From NCBI RefSeq assembly GCF_963921235.1, contig NC_086097.1, forward strand, positions 11,470,001-11,534,000: DNA of 64,000 nucleotides, read 5' to 3'. The stretch comes from Mobula hypostoma (taxonomy: Eukaryota). The translations under genes were made by a program, and so were the position numbers. Numbering within the stretch: the stretch's first letter is position 1; each line of letters starts with the position of its first letter. The notes beneath the pieces are model-generated. The model did no database searches. It saw only the letters and a list, made by a program, of their open reading frames with translations, and was not told the DNA's origin. Shown in pieces: positions 22,895 through 36,024 of this stretch.

Positions 22895-22982
22895 GTTTTG
22901 TTTTTACTTTTGGATGTTATTTAATGCTATCATAAGTTACTTGCATATAGTCAAGAATAATAGAAAAGCTTACTGCATTGAG

Positions 22983-23955
22983 GTCGGTGACCAGTGGTGT
23001 GCCTCGGGGATCTGTACAGGTACCCGTGATTTTTATAAGTGACCTGAATGAGGAAGTGGAGGGATTGGTTAGTAAATTTGATGATGACACAAGGGTTAGG
23101 GATAGTGTGGAGGGCTGTCAGAGGTTACAACGGGACATTGATAGGATGCAAAACTAGGCTGAGGAATGGCAGATGGAGTTCCGGATAAGTGTTAGGTTGT
23201 TCATTTTGGTAGGTCAGATATGATGGCAGAATATAGTATTAATGGTAAGACTCTTGGCATATGGAGGATCAGAGGGATCTTGGAGTCCAAGCCCATAGGA
23301 CACTCAAAGCTGCTGTGCAGGTTGACTGTATGGTTAAGAAGGCATACAGTGCATTGGCCTGCATCAACCGTGGGATTGAATTTAAGAGCCAAGAGGTAAT
23401 GTTACAGCCATATAAGACCCTGGTCAGACCCCACTTGGAGTACTGTGCTCAGTTCTGGTCACCTCACTACGAGAAGGATGTGGAACCTATAGAAAGGGTG
23501 CAGAGGAGATTTACAAGGATGTTGCCTGGATTGAGGAGCATGCCTTATGGGAATAGGCTGAGTGAACTCTGCCTTTTCTCCTTGGAGTGGTAGAGAATTA
23601 GAGGTGTATGAGATGATGAGAGGCATTGATCATGCGGGTAGTCAGAGGCTTTTTCCCAGGCTGAAATGGCTGACATGAGAGGGCAAAGTTTTAAGGTGCT
23701 TGTAGGTAGGTACAGAGGAGATGTCAAGGGTAAGTTTTTTATGCAGAGAGTGGTGAGTGCATGGAATGGGCTGCCGGCAATGGTGGTGGAGGCAGGTACG
23801 ATAGGGTATTTTAAGAGACTCCTGGATAGGTATATGGAGCTTAGAAAAATCGAGGGCAATGGGTAACCCTAGGTAAATTCTAAAATCAGTACGTGGTTGG
23901 CACAGCATTGTGGGCTGAAGGGCCTGAATTGTGCTGTAGGTTTTCTATGTTTCTA
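22983..23955 (+). mobile_element. CR1-clade LINE 3' fragment
   Basis: QRDLGV...YKTLVRPHLEYCAQFWSPHY...VQRRFTRMLPGL; tail ttttctatgtttcta; same family as 58183-58657. Confidence 0.9.
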
Positions 23956-24009
23956 ATTCCAAACGTAGGTGCAGTTATAGGTCAGTGAATATAAAAATAC
24001 AAAGAAATG

Positions 24010-24771
24010 TTCAATGGAATATAGTGTATTGAAGTGTATGGTCGTGCACTTTGGTTGAAGAAATAAAGGAATTAACTATTTTCTAAATGGGGAGAAAATT
24101 CAAAAGTCAGAGCTGCAAAGGGACTTGGGTTCGATTCCATAAAGGTTAACTTGCAGGTTGAGTCGGTGGTAAGGAAGGCAATCGTGATGTTTGCATTCAT
24201 TTTGAGAGGACTAGAATGTAAAATGTTGAGGCTTTGAAGCATTGTTCAGACTGCACTTGGAGTATTATGAGCAGTTTTGGGCCCCTTACTTTAAGAAAGG
24301 ATGTGCTGGCGTTGGAGGGCTTCCAGAGAAATTTCACAAAAATGATCCCAGGAATGAAAGGATTAACATAAGAGGAGGGTTTGATTGCTCTGGGCCTGTA
24401 CTCACTGAAGTTTAGAAGAATGAGGGGGAAATCTCATTGAAACATATCAAATGTTGAATGGCTTGGATAGAGTGGGTATAGAGATGTTTCCTATTGTAGG
24501 GGAGTCTGGGGGCACGGTATCAGAGTTGAAGGATATCCCTTTAGAAAAGAATTAAGGAGGAATTTCTTTAGCCAGAGGGTGGTGAATCTGTGGAATTCAT
24601 TGTCACGAATGGTTACGGAGGCCAAGTCATTGGGTATATTTAACACGGAGGCTGATGCTTTCTTGATTAGTAAGCGTGTCAAAGGCAAGAGATTGGGATA
24701 ATCATGGAATGGTGGAGCAGACTCCATGGGCCTAATGGCCTAATTCTGCTCCTTTGTCTTATGGTCTTATG
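24010..24771 (+). mobile_element. CR1-clade LINE 3' fragment (second family)
   Basis: cacttggagtatt..gagcagttttgggcccctt, ttctttagccagagggtggtgaatctgtggaattc; tail gtcttatggtcttatg. Confidence 0.85.
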
Positions 24772-24868
24772 AAATGTTTAAACTAATTTTGCAGTGGGTT
24801 GGATAGGAAGACTTTGAAAAGGCGGGTGGTCGGGGAAGTATTAATTTTTGGAAGAGTAAACTAATTAT

Positions 24869-25216
24869 GGGTGGCAGGGTGAAGATGCATTCTACCAAAG
24901 GAGGTGTAAGGCATCCCTCCTTCCCTCTGTTAGCTTGCAGGTTACCTTTGTGCAAGGTTTGGCACCTGCTTAGCTTCCCGATCAGGGTCACATTCAGCCA
25001 TGGGAGTGGATGGTGCATATCATAAGTCCTGCTTATGTGACCAGTGACACTAGGCAGACAATCTCTGAAAAGTATTGATAATGGCTGAGGTCACCTGTCC
25101 TGTAAAGGCAGTGCCAGAAGATGGCAATGGCAAACCAGTTGTGTAGAAAAATTTGCCAAGAGCAATCGTGGTGACGGAATGACCACATCATACAACATGG
25201 CACATAACAAATGAAC
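24869..25216 (+). mobile_element. ~350 bp non-tRNA SINE-like element with an RTE/BovA-like motif (copy 1 of 3)
   Basis: Head gggtggcagggtg.agat; gaagatggcaatggcaaacca...tttgccaagagcaatcgtgg resembles the RTE/Bov-A ggcaatggcaacccactcc motif; homologous to 40757-41137 and 47192-47511. Confidence 0.7.
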
Positions 25217-26175
25217 AAAATTAACTGCACAATAACATTTTTAGTCCAGACCAGACAGAGTGCAAGACAATGTGGGAGAGGTTTACAGTGCATTAAACAA
25301 CGTATATCAGCTGTATGTGCAATTAATCATGTGGGGTTAGTGTTGTGGCAATAATACTTATGAGATTGGGGTAAAGAAAAGGGACAAGGGGATGAATAAA
25401 TATTCCAGGAAAAAGGATGTTCAGAAAACATAGGGAAAGAAAGAAAAGGAGGAGGGGAGGCAAATTACTAAGGTGAATTTTGCACTGTATGGCCTGAAAC
25501 AGTCAATGAGTGAAAGTGAATCAAGAAATAAAAAGACACTTTACTCAGACTGTTTTCTCAACCAGAGGATATTGAATAACTTTGTAGGGAATCTTAAGAT
25601 GAGCATAGTCCAATACTTTGTGACATCTACCCAGATATAGTCTGTGACAGCAACATTGTAAGAACTACAGGTTGGAAGAAGTTTTCTGAAGTATATTTAC
25701 AACCTCAGACAGTATATTTTGGGCCGAGTGAAGGTGACATTGCTGAATTTGGTTGCTGAAGTGAGCCAGCAAAGTGGAATAAGCTTTAATAGTGTGGCAT
25801 CCAGCAAAAACACATCACATCATCATCTGCTTTTGAAAAGCAATGAAGAAGGAAAGATATCACCCCGAGATAAAAATATCAATTGGTTAAGGGCCAATCT
25901 CAATGGTATAAGATTAGACTTGTAGTTTGGCAGGCAACATTGTAGTTGAATATTGCTATAGGTGTTTCAGCTACTTATAATAACACAGAACATTTCAGCC
26001 ATCTGGTCTTTGCTGGTCCACTGTAGAGCAATCTTACCATCTCATTCTTCTAATTTGCCTATAACCTTGCAGCTTATTTACTCCAAGGTGCCTGTCATTT
26101 TCCCTTTGGATTCTGTTCTGCTTTAACTACAACAAGCGGTGATTCACTGAGGCATTTGAACCACAGGCCTGCTTT

Positions 26176-26363
26176 TGGAATATGGGGAGGCATCTGCTGC
26201 AGACCCGTAAAGTCATAGAATGTGGAATATGGGGAAGCATCTGCTGCAGACCTGTAAAGTCATAGAAAGTGGAATATGGGGAGGCATCTGCTGCAGACCC
26301 ATAAAGTCATAGAAAGTGGAATATGGGGAGGCATCTGCTGGAGACCCATAAAGTCATAGAAAG
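26176..26363. repeat. Minisatellite, 4 x 47 bp
   Basis: Unit tggaatatggggaggcatctgctgcagacccataaagtcatagaaag starting at 26176, 26223, 26270 and 26317; head to tail with no spacers. Confidence 0.95.
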
Positions 26364-26430
26364 ATGTATGCAGAAAGGACGTACAAGCCAAAGTCATTGG
26401 AGCTGTGAGACGTCAGCACTTGCAGTTGCA

Positions 26431-27530
26431 TCATATAACCATATAACAATTACAGCACGGAAACAGGCCATCTCAGCCCTTCTAGTCCATGCCGAGCTCT
26501 TACCCTATCCTTGTCCCACTGACCTGCACTCAGCCCATAACCCTCCATTCCTTTCCTGTCCATATATCAATCCAATTTAACTTTAAACGACAACATAGAA
26601 CCTGCCTCAAACACTTCTGCTGGAAGCTCGTTCCACACAGCTACCACTCTCTGAGTGAAGAAGTTCCACCTCATGTTACCCCTAAACTTTTGTCCTCTAA
26701 TTCTCAACCCATGTCCACTTGTTTGAATCTTCCCCACTCTGAATGGAAAAAGTCTAACCACGTCAACTCTATCAATCCCCCTCATAATTTTAAACATCTC
26801 TATCAAGTCCCCCCTTAACCTTCTACGCTCCAAAGAATGAAGACCTAACTTGTTCAACCTTTCTCTGTAACTTAGGAGATGAAACCCAGGCAACATTTTA
26901 GTAAACCTCCTCTGTACTCTCTCAATTTTATTGACATCTTTCCTATAATTCAGTGACCAGAACTGTACACAGTACTCCAGATTTGGCCTTAGCAATGCCT
27001 TATACAAATTCAACATTACATCCCAACTCCTATGCTCAATGCTCTGATTAATAAAGGCCAGCAAACCAAAAGCTTTCCTCACCACCCTATCCACATGAGA
27101 TTCCATCTTCAGGGAACTAGGCACCATTATTCCTAGATCCCTCTGTTCTAAAGCATTCTTGAATGCCCTACGATTTTCCATGTATGTCCTATTCTGATTA
27201 GTTCTACCAAAATGTATCACCTCACATTTTACAGCATCAAACTCCATCTGCCATGTTTCAGCCCACTCTTCTAACTGCCCTATATCTCTCTGCAAGTTTT
27301 AAAAACCTACCTCATCATCCACAACACCACCTATCTTAGTATCATCTGCATACTTACTCATCCAATTTACCACCCCATCATCCAGATCATTAATATATAT
27401 TACAAACAACATTGGACCCAGTACAGATCCCTGAGGCACAATGCTACACACCGTCCTCCAATCTGAGACACAGTTATCCACCACTACTCTCTGGCGTCTC
27501 CCATCTAGCCGCCGCTGAATCCATTTTACT
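26431..27530 (-). mobile_element. Fairly young CR1-clade LINE 3' fragment
   Basis: ORFs 27299..27538 (PQGSVLGP...SKYADDTK) and 26567..27295 (LRPNLEYCVQFWS); antisense tail catataaccatataac. Confidence 0.92.
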
Positions 27531-27599
27531 ACTTCCATATTAATTGCATCACATTGTTATTCTGCAGTTCTACTTCCCTGTGAGGGAGAAGTGAAAGCC

Positions 27600-30040
27600 A
27601 GAGCTTCCCTAATGAATAGACAGTCAATAACCCACAAAAAGAATTGAAAAGAAAAAATGAAGTTAAGAGGCAAACTAAAACTAGGAATGGAGAATAAGAA
27701 GTATCAGAAATGGCTGGCATTAAAGGTAATCCAAAAATGCTTTATGGGCTTGTAAGCAGTTAAATGATTGAGAAGGAAGACAGTACAGTTTGGTCACCTT
27801 GTTAAAAGAAAAGACATCATTAAAACATGAAAACATTTCAGAGATTTATGAGGATGCAACCAGAGCCTGAGGTGAGTAAGGTAGGACTTTATTCCTTGAA
27901 ACCTAGGAAATTGAGTGGCCACCTTATAGGCGGTGCTACACTAGTGCTCCGCTTAGCGTGATGCTATTACAGCTAGGGGCATCAGAGATCAGAGTTCAAT
28001 TCTGATGTCGTCTGTAAGGAGTTTGTATGTTCTTCTCTGTGAACATATGTTTCCTCCTGGTGTTCTAGTTCCTCCCACATTCCAAAGATGTACTATTTCG
28101 TAGGTTATTTGAGCATGTAAAATGTCCTATGATTAGGCTACTGTTAAATACATTGGTTGCTGGGCAGTGTGTCTCATTAGGCAAAGGGCTTGTTCCACGG
28201 TGTATCTCTAAATAAAACAAAATCATGAGGGGTATTGATGGGGTGAACATGTATAGTCTTTATTCTTAGAGAGGGAGAATTAAAAACTAGAGGGCATAGA
28301 TTTAAAAGGTTAAATGAAGCAGAAGTCAGAGACCCCTGAGAAACAACTTCACATAGAGGGTGCTGCAAGTATGAAACACGTTGACAGAAAAAAATGGTTG
28401 AGGCAGGAACAATGACAGCATTTAAAGACATTTGGATGAGCTGACTCGATGGCCAAATGTCCTAATTATGCTTCTGTATCTTATGTTCACATGGATAGAA
28501 GGGATTTAGATGGTTCTGGGACTAGCTTGGTAGGCATTATAGTTGGCATGGATGGGTTGGAGCAAAGGATCTGTTTTCATTATTGTATTAGTCTGACTAT
28601 GGAGAAGAAGCTACACTTGGAGACAAACCACATAGCTGAGGTATTGAATGCATACTTTTACCAAGGAAATAAATGCTGTGAGAGCCTCAGTGTAAGTTTT
28701 AGATTCTTGATGACTAAAATCTGATCGAACAGAGATTTGGAAGACTCACTGCACTGAAACTGGACACGTCAACTGCTTCAGCTGTGATGCATCTTAAATT
28801 GCTGAGGAAAGCAAGGGAGGAATTTGAAGATGCCATGACCAAAGTCTTCCAAATCATTTTGTAGTAGTATTAATAACAACTTATTCATAGAGCATTTTTA
28901 TATAATATAGTTTAAAGTGCTCTACAGTGGGATAATGTGCAAACATGAAATAAAGGACAAAAAGATGTTAGAAGTAAGGTTAAATAGGTTTTGAACTTTT
29001 ATTTAAAAGTGTCAACAGACTCTGCATCTCTTATAATTTTAGATATTTAGTTCCATAGCTCAGGAAGGTGGCTCAAAAAAGTTGATCTGCGAATGATCTG
29101 TTGAAGGAGATTATTTAAATTTAAGAGAATAGTCTTGTAGGGGTGATGCCTGAAGATTAGCATATTTTATACCATTGTTCAAAAGAAAAACTGGAGTTAA
29201 TACCAGTTACTAAACATGTGACACTCGATAGGGAAAAATATTTAAACAATCAATTAAAATTCTTGGACTGAAACGTCAACTATTTACTCTTTTCCATAGA
29301 TGCTGCTTGGCCTGCTGAGTTCCTCCAGCATTTTGAATCTGTTGATCAAAATTAGCAGTCATTTGGGGTAAAATCTGAGGAGCAAAATCACTGCATGATT
29401 TGTTAATGCCAAATTATCAATTAAAATAGTTTTTAATGAAGTAACATAAAAGGAAGTTTAATTGGTGGTATATATTGGTTTCTAAGAAGCACATGGTATG
29501 GTGCTACATGATAGACGTGTCATCAAAGTTGAAGGCCTGTAACAGCATACATAGATAGAAAATTGACTAACAGAAAACAACAGGTTAGTAATGACAAGTT
29601 GTAATTTGGTCTAGAGGGTGGTGTACAGTGTTAGACTGTTATGAATTTCCAGTTCCTGCTGACACAAAACTTTTTCACATGGTTAAAATTTAGGAGGATA
29701 ACCTGGACCTGAAGAGAAATTGTTAGGGTGGTGTAATGGGCAGAAAGGTGGAAGATGAGACAATACTGAAAAATTTGAGATGCTATATTTATTAGGAAAT
29801 TTAAAAGTGGTGATATAAATTAAGATGCATTTCTACAAGGAGGACAGAAGCAATGTGATCTGGTGGTCTGTGCATTGTTCATTGAGACGGGTGGCAATGT
29901 TGAAATGTGAGGTTTTGTATGCACTGTGGCTGGTTGTGTTGGAGGCAAATCCAATTTGTATCTTTCAAAAGGGAGGTGGGCACTAAACTGATAGTTGAAA
30001 ATATTTACAGCATGGGCTGAGGTGCTGAAGTTGCAGTTAG
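27600..30040 (+). mobile_element. Mosaic of highly decayed CR1 fragments with small L2-like and Penelope-module inserts
   Basis: Scattered CR1 motifs (cagtttggtcacctt, aactagagggcatagatttaa, atgggcagaaaggtggaagatg); Penelope module at 29260-29345. Confidence 0.55.
27928..28222 (+). mobile_element. HE1/V-SINE-like element inserted into an old CR1 fragment
   Basis: gagttcaattct B box, tctgtaaggagtttgtatgttc block, tail tgtatctctaaataaaac; CR1 sequence resumes at atcatgaggggtattgat. Confidence 0.75.
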
Positions 30041-30241
30041 ATTTCTTACTCACCAAGCTAAATCACTTTTTCTTTATCCACATCATGAAAGCTGAGCTAA
30101 CTCAATTTTTTGACCATTGCACAATGGAGCAGTGAGATAAATGAAAACAGGCTGTGAATAATGAACTTGCCATCAATATCTGTATTTATCATTGGCTTAT
30201 TTTTGTCATGCCCTGGTCTGATTTAACATTAATTTTCCTAG

Positions 30242-30374
30242 GTGTATTTGGTTGATTATGGCCTAGCATATAGATACTGTCCAGATGGAGTACATAAAGA
30301 ATACAAGGAAGATCCAAAGCGTTGCCATGATGGTACTCTTGAGTTTACAAGTATGGATGCACACAAAGGTGCAG
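30242..30374 (+). CDS. VRK1: VRK1 coding exon, 133 nt, DYG/activation segment ([44 protein letters not shown])
   Basis: ttcctag acceptor, gtaagt donor; VRK-type DYG motif. Confidence 0.96.
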
Positions 30375-30834
30375 GTAAGTGTGCAAAGTAAAAGTAACCT
30401 ATCTTAGGTAGATAATTAATTTTTGTGATTTTTTTTTCATATTAATCATTTAATATGCTGAGTTTTGTCATCTTGCACTATTTTTTGTAATTAAATATGG
30501 GCATAGTTGTGTATTATCTTCCCCATCCAAATATATGCACAACTACTATTTGTAGTCATTATGGTGGCTTAGTTTCCTAAAAGAAAAGGTCAATTTTAAC
30601 TGTCTGGATTTTCACATGGCTTTTAGATTCTGTGACATCACCACCTTGAATTCTTTGCAATAATTTGAGTACAAGCTCAAAGGGTGAGTATTGATTATAG
30701 GATTATGGAAAGTTACATTGAGTAATCGATATAAATCAATCAAGCAAAGATGCCATCCAGGCAGATGATAGGTAATAGCACTTACTTTCTTCTAGATACA
30801 GGTACGTGACCACTGTCAAAATAAATTGGCTATT

Positions 30835-33780
30835 GGTGAAAAATGAAATCAAATCCTTAGAGGTGACATAGAAGATGTAGAATCCTTATGGGTAGAGTTA
30901 AGAATGGCAAGGGTGAAAAGTGGAGGGTAAAAAGACCCTCCTCCAAATAGTAGCAAGGGATGTAGAATACAAATTACAATGGGAGTTATAAAAGGCATGT
31001 AAAAAGGACAATGTTACAATAGTAATAGGGGACTTCAATATGCAGGTAGATTTGGAAAATCAGGTTGGTGATGGATCCCAAGAGAGGGAATTTGTAGAAT
31101 TCCTTAGAGCAGCTTGTATTTGAGCCCAGTAGGGGGAAGGCAATTCTGGACTAGGTATTGTGTAATGTACCAAATTTGATTCCGGAGCTTAAGGTAAAGG
31201 AACACTTAGGAAACAGTGATCATAATATAATAGAATTCACTAGCCACTTTGAGAGGGATAAGATACAGTTAGATGAATCAGCATTATGGTGGAGTAAAGG
31301 AGCATGAGAGAAGAGCTGGCATCGTTGATTGGAAGGGGACACTAGTAGGGATGATGGCAGAAAAATGATGGCTGGAGTTTCTAAGGACAATTTGGAAGGC
31401 GCAGGATAGATATATCCCAAAGATGAAGTAGTATTCTATAGGGACAATGATGTGGCCGTGTCAGACCAGACAAGGGAAGTCAAAGACAGCATAAAAGAAA
31501 GAGGGCATACAATATTGCCAAAATTAGTGGGAAGTTAGATAATTGGGAAGCTTTTTAAAAACCAGCAGAAGGCAATTAAAAACCTAGGAGAGAAAAGATG
31601 AAATATGAAGGGAAGTTAGCTAATAATGTAATAGAGTTTTAAAAATATGTAAAGAGTAAAAGAGAGGCAAGAGTGGATATCAGACTGCTGGAAAATGACG
31701 CTGGAGAGGTAGTAATGGGGGGCAAGGAAATGGCAGAGGAACTTAAGTATTTTCAGAATCCAAATCGGATTCAATATTGCTGACATATGTTGTGAAGTTT
31801 GTTAACTTTACAGCAGCAATGCAATGAAATCTGTAATATATTGAGAAAAAAAGATATATTAAAATAAGTAGTGCAAAAGAAACAAAAGTAGTGAGGTAGT
31901 GTTCATGGGTTCAATGTCTATTTAGAAATTGGATGGCAGAGGGGGAAGAAGCTGTTCCTGAATTGTAGAGTGTGCCTTCAGGCTTCTGTACCTCCTTCCC
32001 TACCATAATAGTGTGAAGAGGGCATGTCCTGGGTGGTGAGGTTCATTAATGATGGACACCGCCTTCCTAAGGCACAGCTCCTTGAAGATAACTTGGATAC
32101 TACAGAGACTAGTACCCATGATGGAGCTGACAATCTTATGCTGTAGCACCCCCCCCCCCATACCTATCAGTGACGCAGCCAGTCAGAATGATCTCCACAG
32201 TACATTTGTAGAAGTTTTTGAGTGCTTTAGTGACAAACCAAATATCCTCAAACTCCTAATGAAATAAAGCCGTCGTCTTGCTGCCTTTATAGCTGCATCA
32301 GTATGTTGCATCCAAGTTGGGTCCTCAGAGATACTGACACCCAGGGACTTCAGATTGCTCACTCTTTCTGTTTATGATCCCTTTGAGGATTGGTTCCCTC
32401 GTCTTACCCTTCCTGGAGTAAGCTTTGTGTCAGTTTTCACTATGGAAGACATGAAGTGTATGCCAGGAATTGGAGCAGAAATGAGTGTTGTTGCTATTAC
32501 CAAGGAGAAGGTGCTTGCAACGCTGAAAGGTTTGAAGGCAGATAAATCACCTATACCAGATGGTCTACATCCCGGGCTTCTGAAAAAGGTTGCTGAAAAT
32601 TGTGGAGGCATTAGGAATGATTTTTCAAAAATTACTAGATTCTGGACTTGTTCCAGAGGGCAGGAAAATCGCGAATGTCACTCCACTTTTGAAGAAGGGA
32701 GAGAGGCAGAAGAAAAGAAATGTAGACTAGTTACTCTGACTTAAGTAGTTGGGAGAATGTTGAAGTCCATTATTAGGGATGAGGTTTTGCAGTACTTTAA
32801 GACATATGATAAAAGAGGCATAAGTCAGCATGGTCTCCTGATAAATCTGTTGGAGTTCTTTGAGGAAATAACAGGCAAGATAAACAAAAGAGTCAGTGGA
32901 TGTTGTTTACTTGGATTTTCAGACGGCTTTTAACAAGGCACATGAGGATGCTTAATAAGGGCCCATGGTTTTACAGGAAAGATACTAATCTGAATAGAAG
33001 ATTGGCTGTTCTGCAGGAGTCGGTGTTGGGACTACTTCATTTCATGTTATTTCTAAATAATTTAGATTACGGAATTGATAACTTTGTGGCCATGTTTTTG
33101 CACAATACGAGGATAGTTGGAGGGGCAAGTAGTGTTGAGGAAACAGGGAAGTTGTAGAAGGACTTAGACAGATTAGGAGAATGGACAAAGAAATGGCAGA
33201 TGGAAGATTGCGTAGGGAAGTGTATGGTCATGCACTTTGGTAGAAGTGCATGACCAGACAGGTGTAGACTATTTTCTAAACAGGAAGAAAATTCAAAAAT
33301 CAAGAGGTGCAAAGGGACTTGGGAGTCCTTGTGCAGGATTCCCTAAAGGTTAACTTGCAGGCTGAGTCAGTGGTAAGGAAGGCATATGCAATGTTGGAAT
33401 TCATTTTGAGAGGATTAGAATATAAGAGCAAAGATGTAAAGCTGAAGCTTTATAAGGCATTGGTCAATCCGCACTTGGAGTATTGTGACCAGTTTTGGGC
33501 CCCTTATCTGACAAGGTATGTTGCCATTGGAGAGGGTCCAAAGGAGGTTCATGAGAGGGTTAACATATGAGGAGTGCTTTATAAGAATGGGGGGAGGGAG
33601 ATCTTCTTGAAACCTATTGCATATCGAAAGGTCTGGATAGAGTTGATGTGGGGAGGACAAAAAAGGCTTAGAAGGAAATGGACCAAACACAGAAAAATTG
33701 TACCAGCTCAGATGAACGTCTTGGTTGATGTGAATGTGTTGGGCTGAAGGACCATTTTCAATGTTTTGTGACTCTGTGGT
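30835..33780 (+). mobile_element. Decayed CR1-clade LINE spanning endonuclease to RT, split by a Rex1-like insert
   Basis: ggggacttcaat (GDFN), LKGLKADKSPIPDGLHP, QRDLGVLVQD...PHLEYCDQFWAPY. Confidence 0.85.
31753..32417 (-). mobile_element. Rex1/Babar-like LINE 3' fragment
   Basis: Antisense tail cagaatc; gaagagggcatgtcctgggtggtgaggttcattaatgatggacaccgcc is the antisense of the SIIKDPHHPGHALF-type region. Confidence 0.75.
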
Positions 33781-36024
33781 CTGCCTTGCTCAGCAGAAGG
33801 TTGTTGCTGTTATTTCCAATTCATGGGAAGCTAGGTGATTTGTTCTTAGCTGCACATTTGTGGAAGATTAATGTTCTATTTTTCTTCCACTCTGCTTCCA
33901 ACTACAATATAATCAAAGATTGATTATTTGTTTTTCTTGCTCATGCATGATTTGACATATCACCAGTACATTTTAATATATTCTGATATGCATAAATTGT
34001 TTTAACACAAACTATTCCAGAAAATTAGGTAATGTACAATATCTTTACATTATAATAATTAGTAAATTCTAGAATTGTCTTTGCATGCCATTAGCCAATC
34101 TTCTGGATTTTTCTTTGGATTTCCACACATCTCCGGGAAAGATAACCTTGCCAATTAGAGGGCAGAGTGCCTCTTAAAATCAGATGTCTTTCAGTTCCAT
34201 TCAAATTATTTTTGTTAAGCCTCGCAAAATTCTGAGAGCAGTGTATCTCAGATGACAACCATTTTTTCGAGTGGTTAATTTGATTTACTAAGAGTGGTTG
34301 AACATCCACTAAAGTTTAGAAGAGCAAGAGGGTACTTGAAATATTTAAGATCCTGAGGGGTCTTGACAGGGTGAAAATGGAGAGATTGTTTCCTCTTGTG
34401 GGCAAGGAACCTAGGAGTTCTTTTAAAAGCAAGGAGTGGTTCATGTTTTCCTCTGGAGATTGAGCCTTTGGACTTGTGCTTTCATCAGCCTCTGAGGAAG
34501 AAAGTCTGAGAATGTTAAGGCAAAAATGGGTAGGTACTGGATATGCAACTGATGAAATGTTCCTGGAGGTAGATAGAACATAGAGTTGAAGATATAATCA
34601 GCTGTAGCAGGATCTTAAATGAAAAAACAAACATACCTTCTGTTAGTTCCAATTCATGGGAAGCTAGATGACTACTTGTTGCTTTGACGCTTGTTCTTTG
34701 CTGCACATTCTGAGAAAGATTGATGTGATGTCCTGTTGTGTGGCCTACACTTCCCGCTTTGTGTTTGCATATGACCTGTTCTCTCATTCTTCATGTCCTC
34801 CCATGTAGTTGTTTTCTAAATGAAGTTCATATATTAAGACCACTCTTCACATCAGTCACTCAAACTCCTCTGTGTTGGAGAAGCTTCTTATTGAACTTGG
34901 AGCAAACAGAGTGTCTAGCCTCTTTCCCAGATGAGGGAGGATATCGTGGTTAGGATTCACGCTAGAGAAGGCAAGATGAGAAGCTAGGCAGAGTTAGCAA
35001 ACAATTACACATTTTTCTAGTATGCCAAATCACTTTCTGGTTTTGATAGCAATCACCTTTCACTACTATGCTTCCACTCTCCCTCCTTTTCTCGATCCAC
35101 ATAATAAAAATATCATAGTCAGGGTGGCAGTTTACCCCAAAGGAAAAGAACACAGTGCCTTGCCCAAGCTCCAGCTCAATTCTGCAACTCCAGTGGCATT
35201 GAATGTGAGATAAGATGTGTACAGGCGGAATCAAAGGGCAAGAGTAGACTGGAGATGGTGAAGGAGGCACATTCTGATTCCAGAAGCATGGCATATAAAA
35301 AGCAAAGTCTTCCCTCACAAGTATCTGTAGAGTGTTGGAAAATCTAACCAGGTGAGAAAGAAAGACAAGCTTCAACTTGGAGACTGAATGATAAAAGGCA
35401 TCAGCTGTTTAAAACATAGAAAACTGGGGCAGGAGGACTGCTGAAGAGGTTTAAGAAATGTATGTAGGTGAATGAAATTGAGATTATACAGTTCCTCAGA
35501 ACCATGCTTTGAATTCGCTGATCATCCTCATAACAGGCTCTCCAATAGTTCAAGCATCCAAGTCTCATTGCCTCAACTTTTGCAGCACTCTGAGTAGAGA
35601 GTTCCTGATCTGGAATTATAAACTGATAGATTCATAGGGAGCAGTAGAGTCTGGAAATGGGGCCACTGTGATAAACAGGATATGGGAAGCAGGCTGCGAG
35701 GGAAGGAGGTGAGACTACATCAAGACAAGGTGGGATGTGAAGGAAGGGTTGGAGGAAATGTGTTGCATTATGGTTAGGAAACTATGCTTTGCTTTGTCAA
35801 GCTGGTGATTGGAGTGCAGCAGCCACCCTTATATGATTTCATGTACTTCTTGGAACTGGTGAGTAAGCAAGTAGTTAATGTTGAGAGACTGCTGAAGAGG
35901 ATTGAGAAATTGTGCAGATAACTGAAATTGAGATTTTAAAGAGCTTGTCTATTTCTGGAAGTTTTCTAGGTGCTATGATCAATAGGTATGGTGCTGAAGA
36001 ACCATGAATTGTTACCATAAAATA

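Noticed and set aside
26176..26363. Regularly spaced repeats resembling a CRISPR array
   Set aside because: Units are head to tail with no unique spacers, the context is eukaryotic and there are no cas genes; it is a minisatellite.
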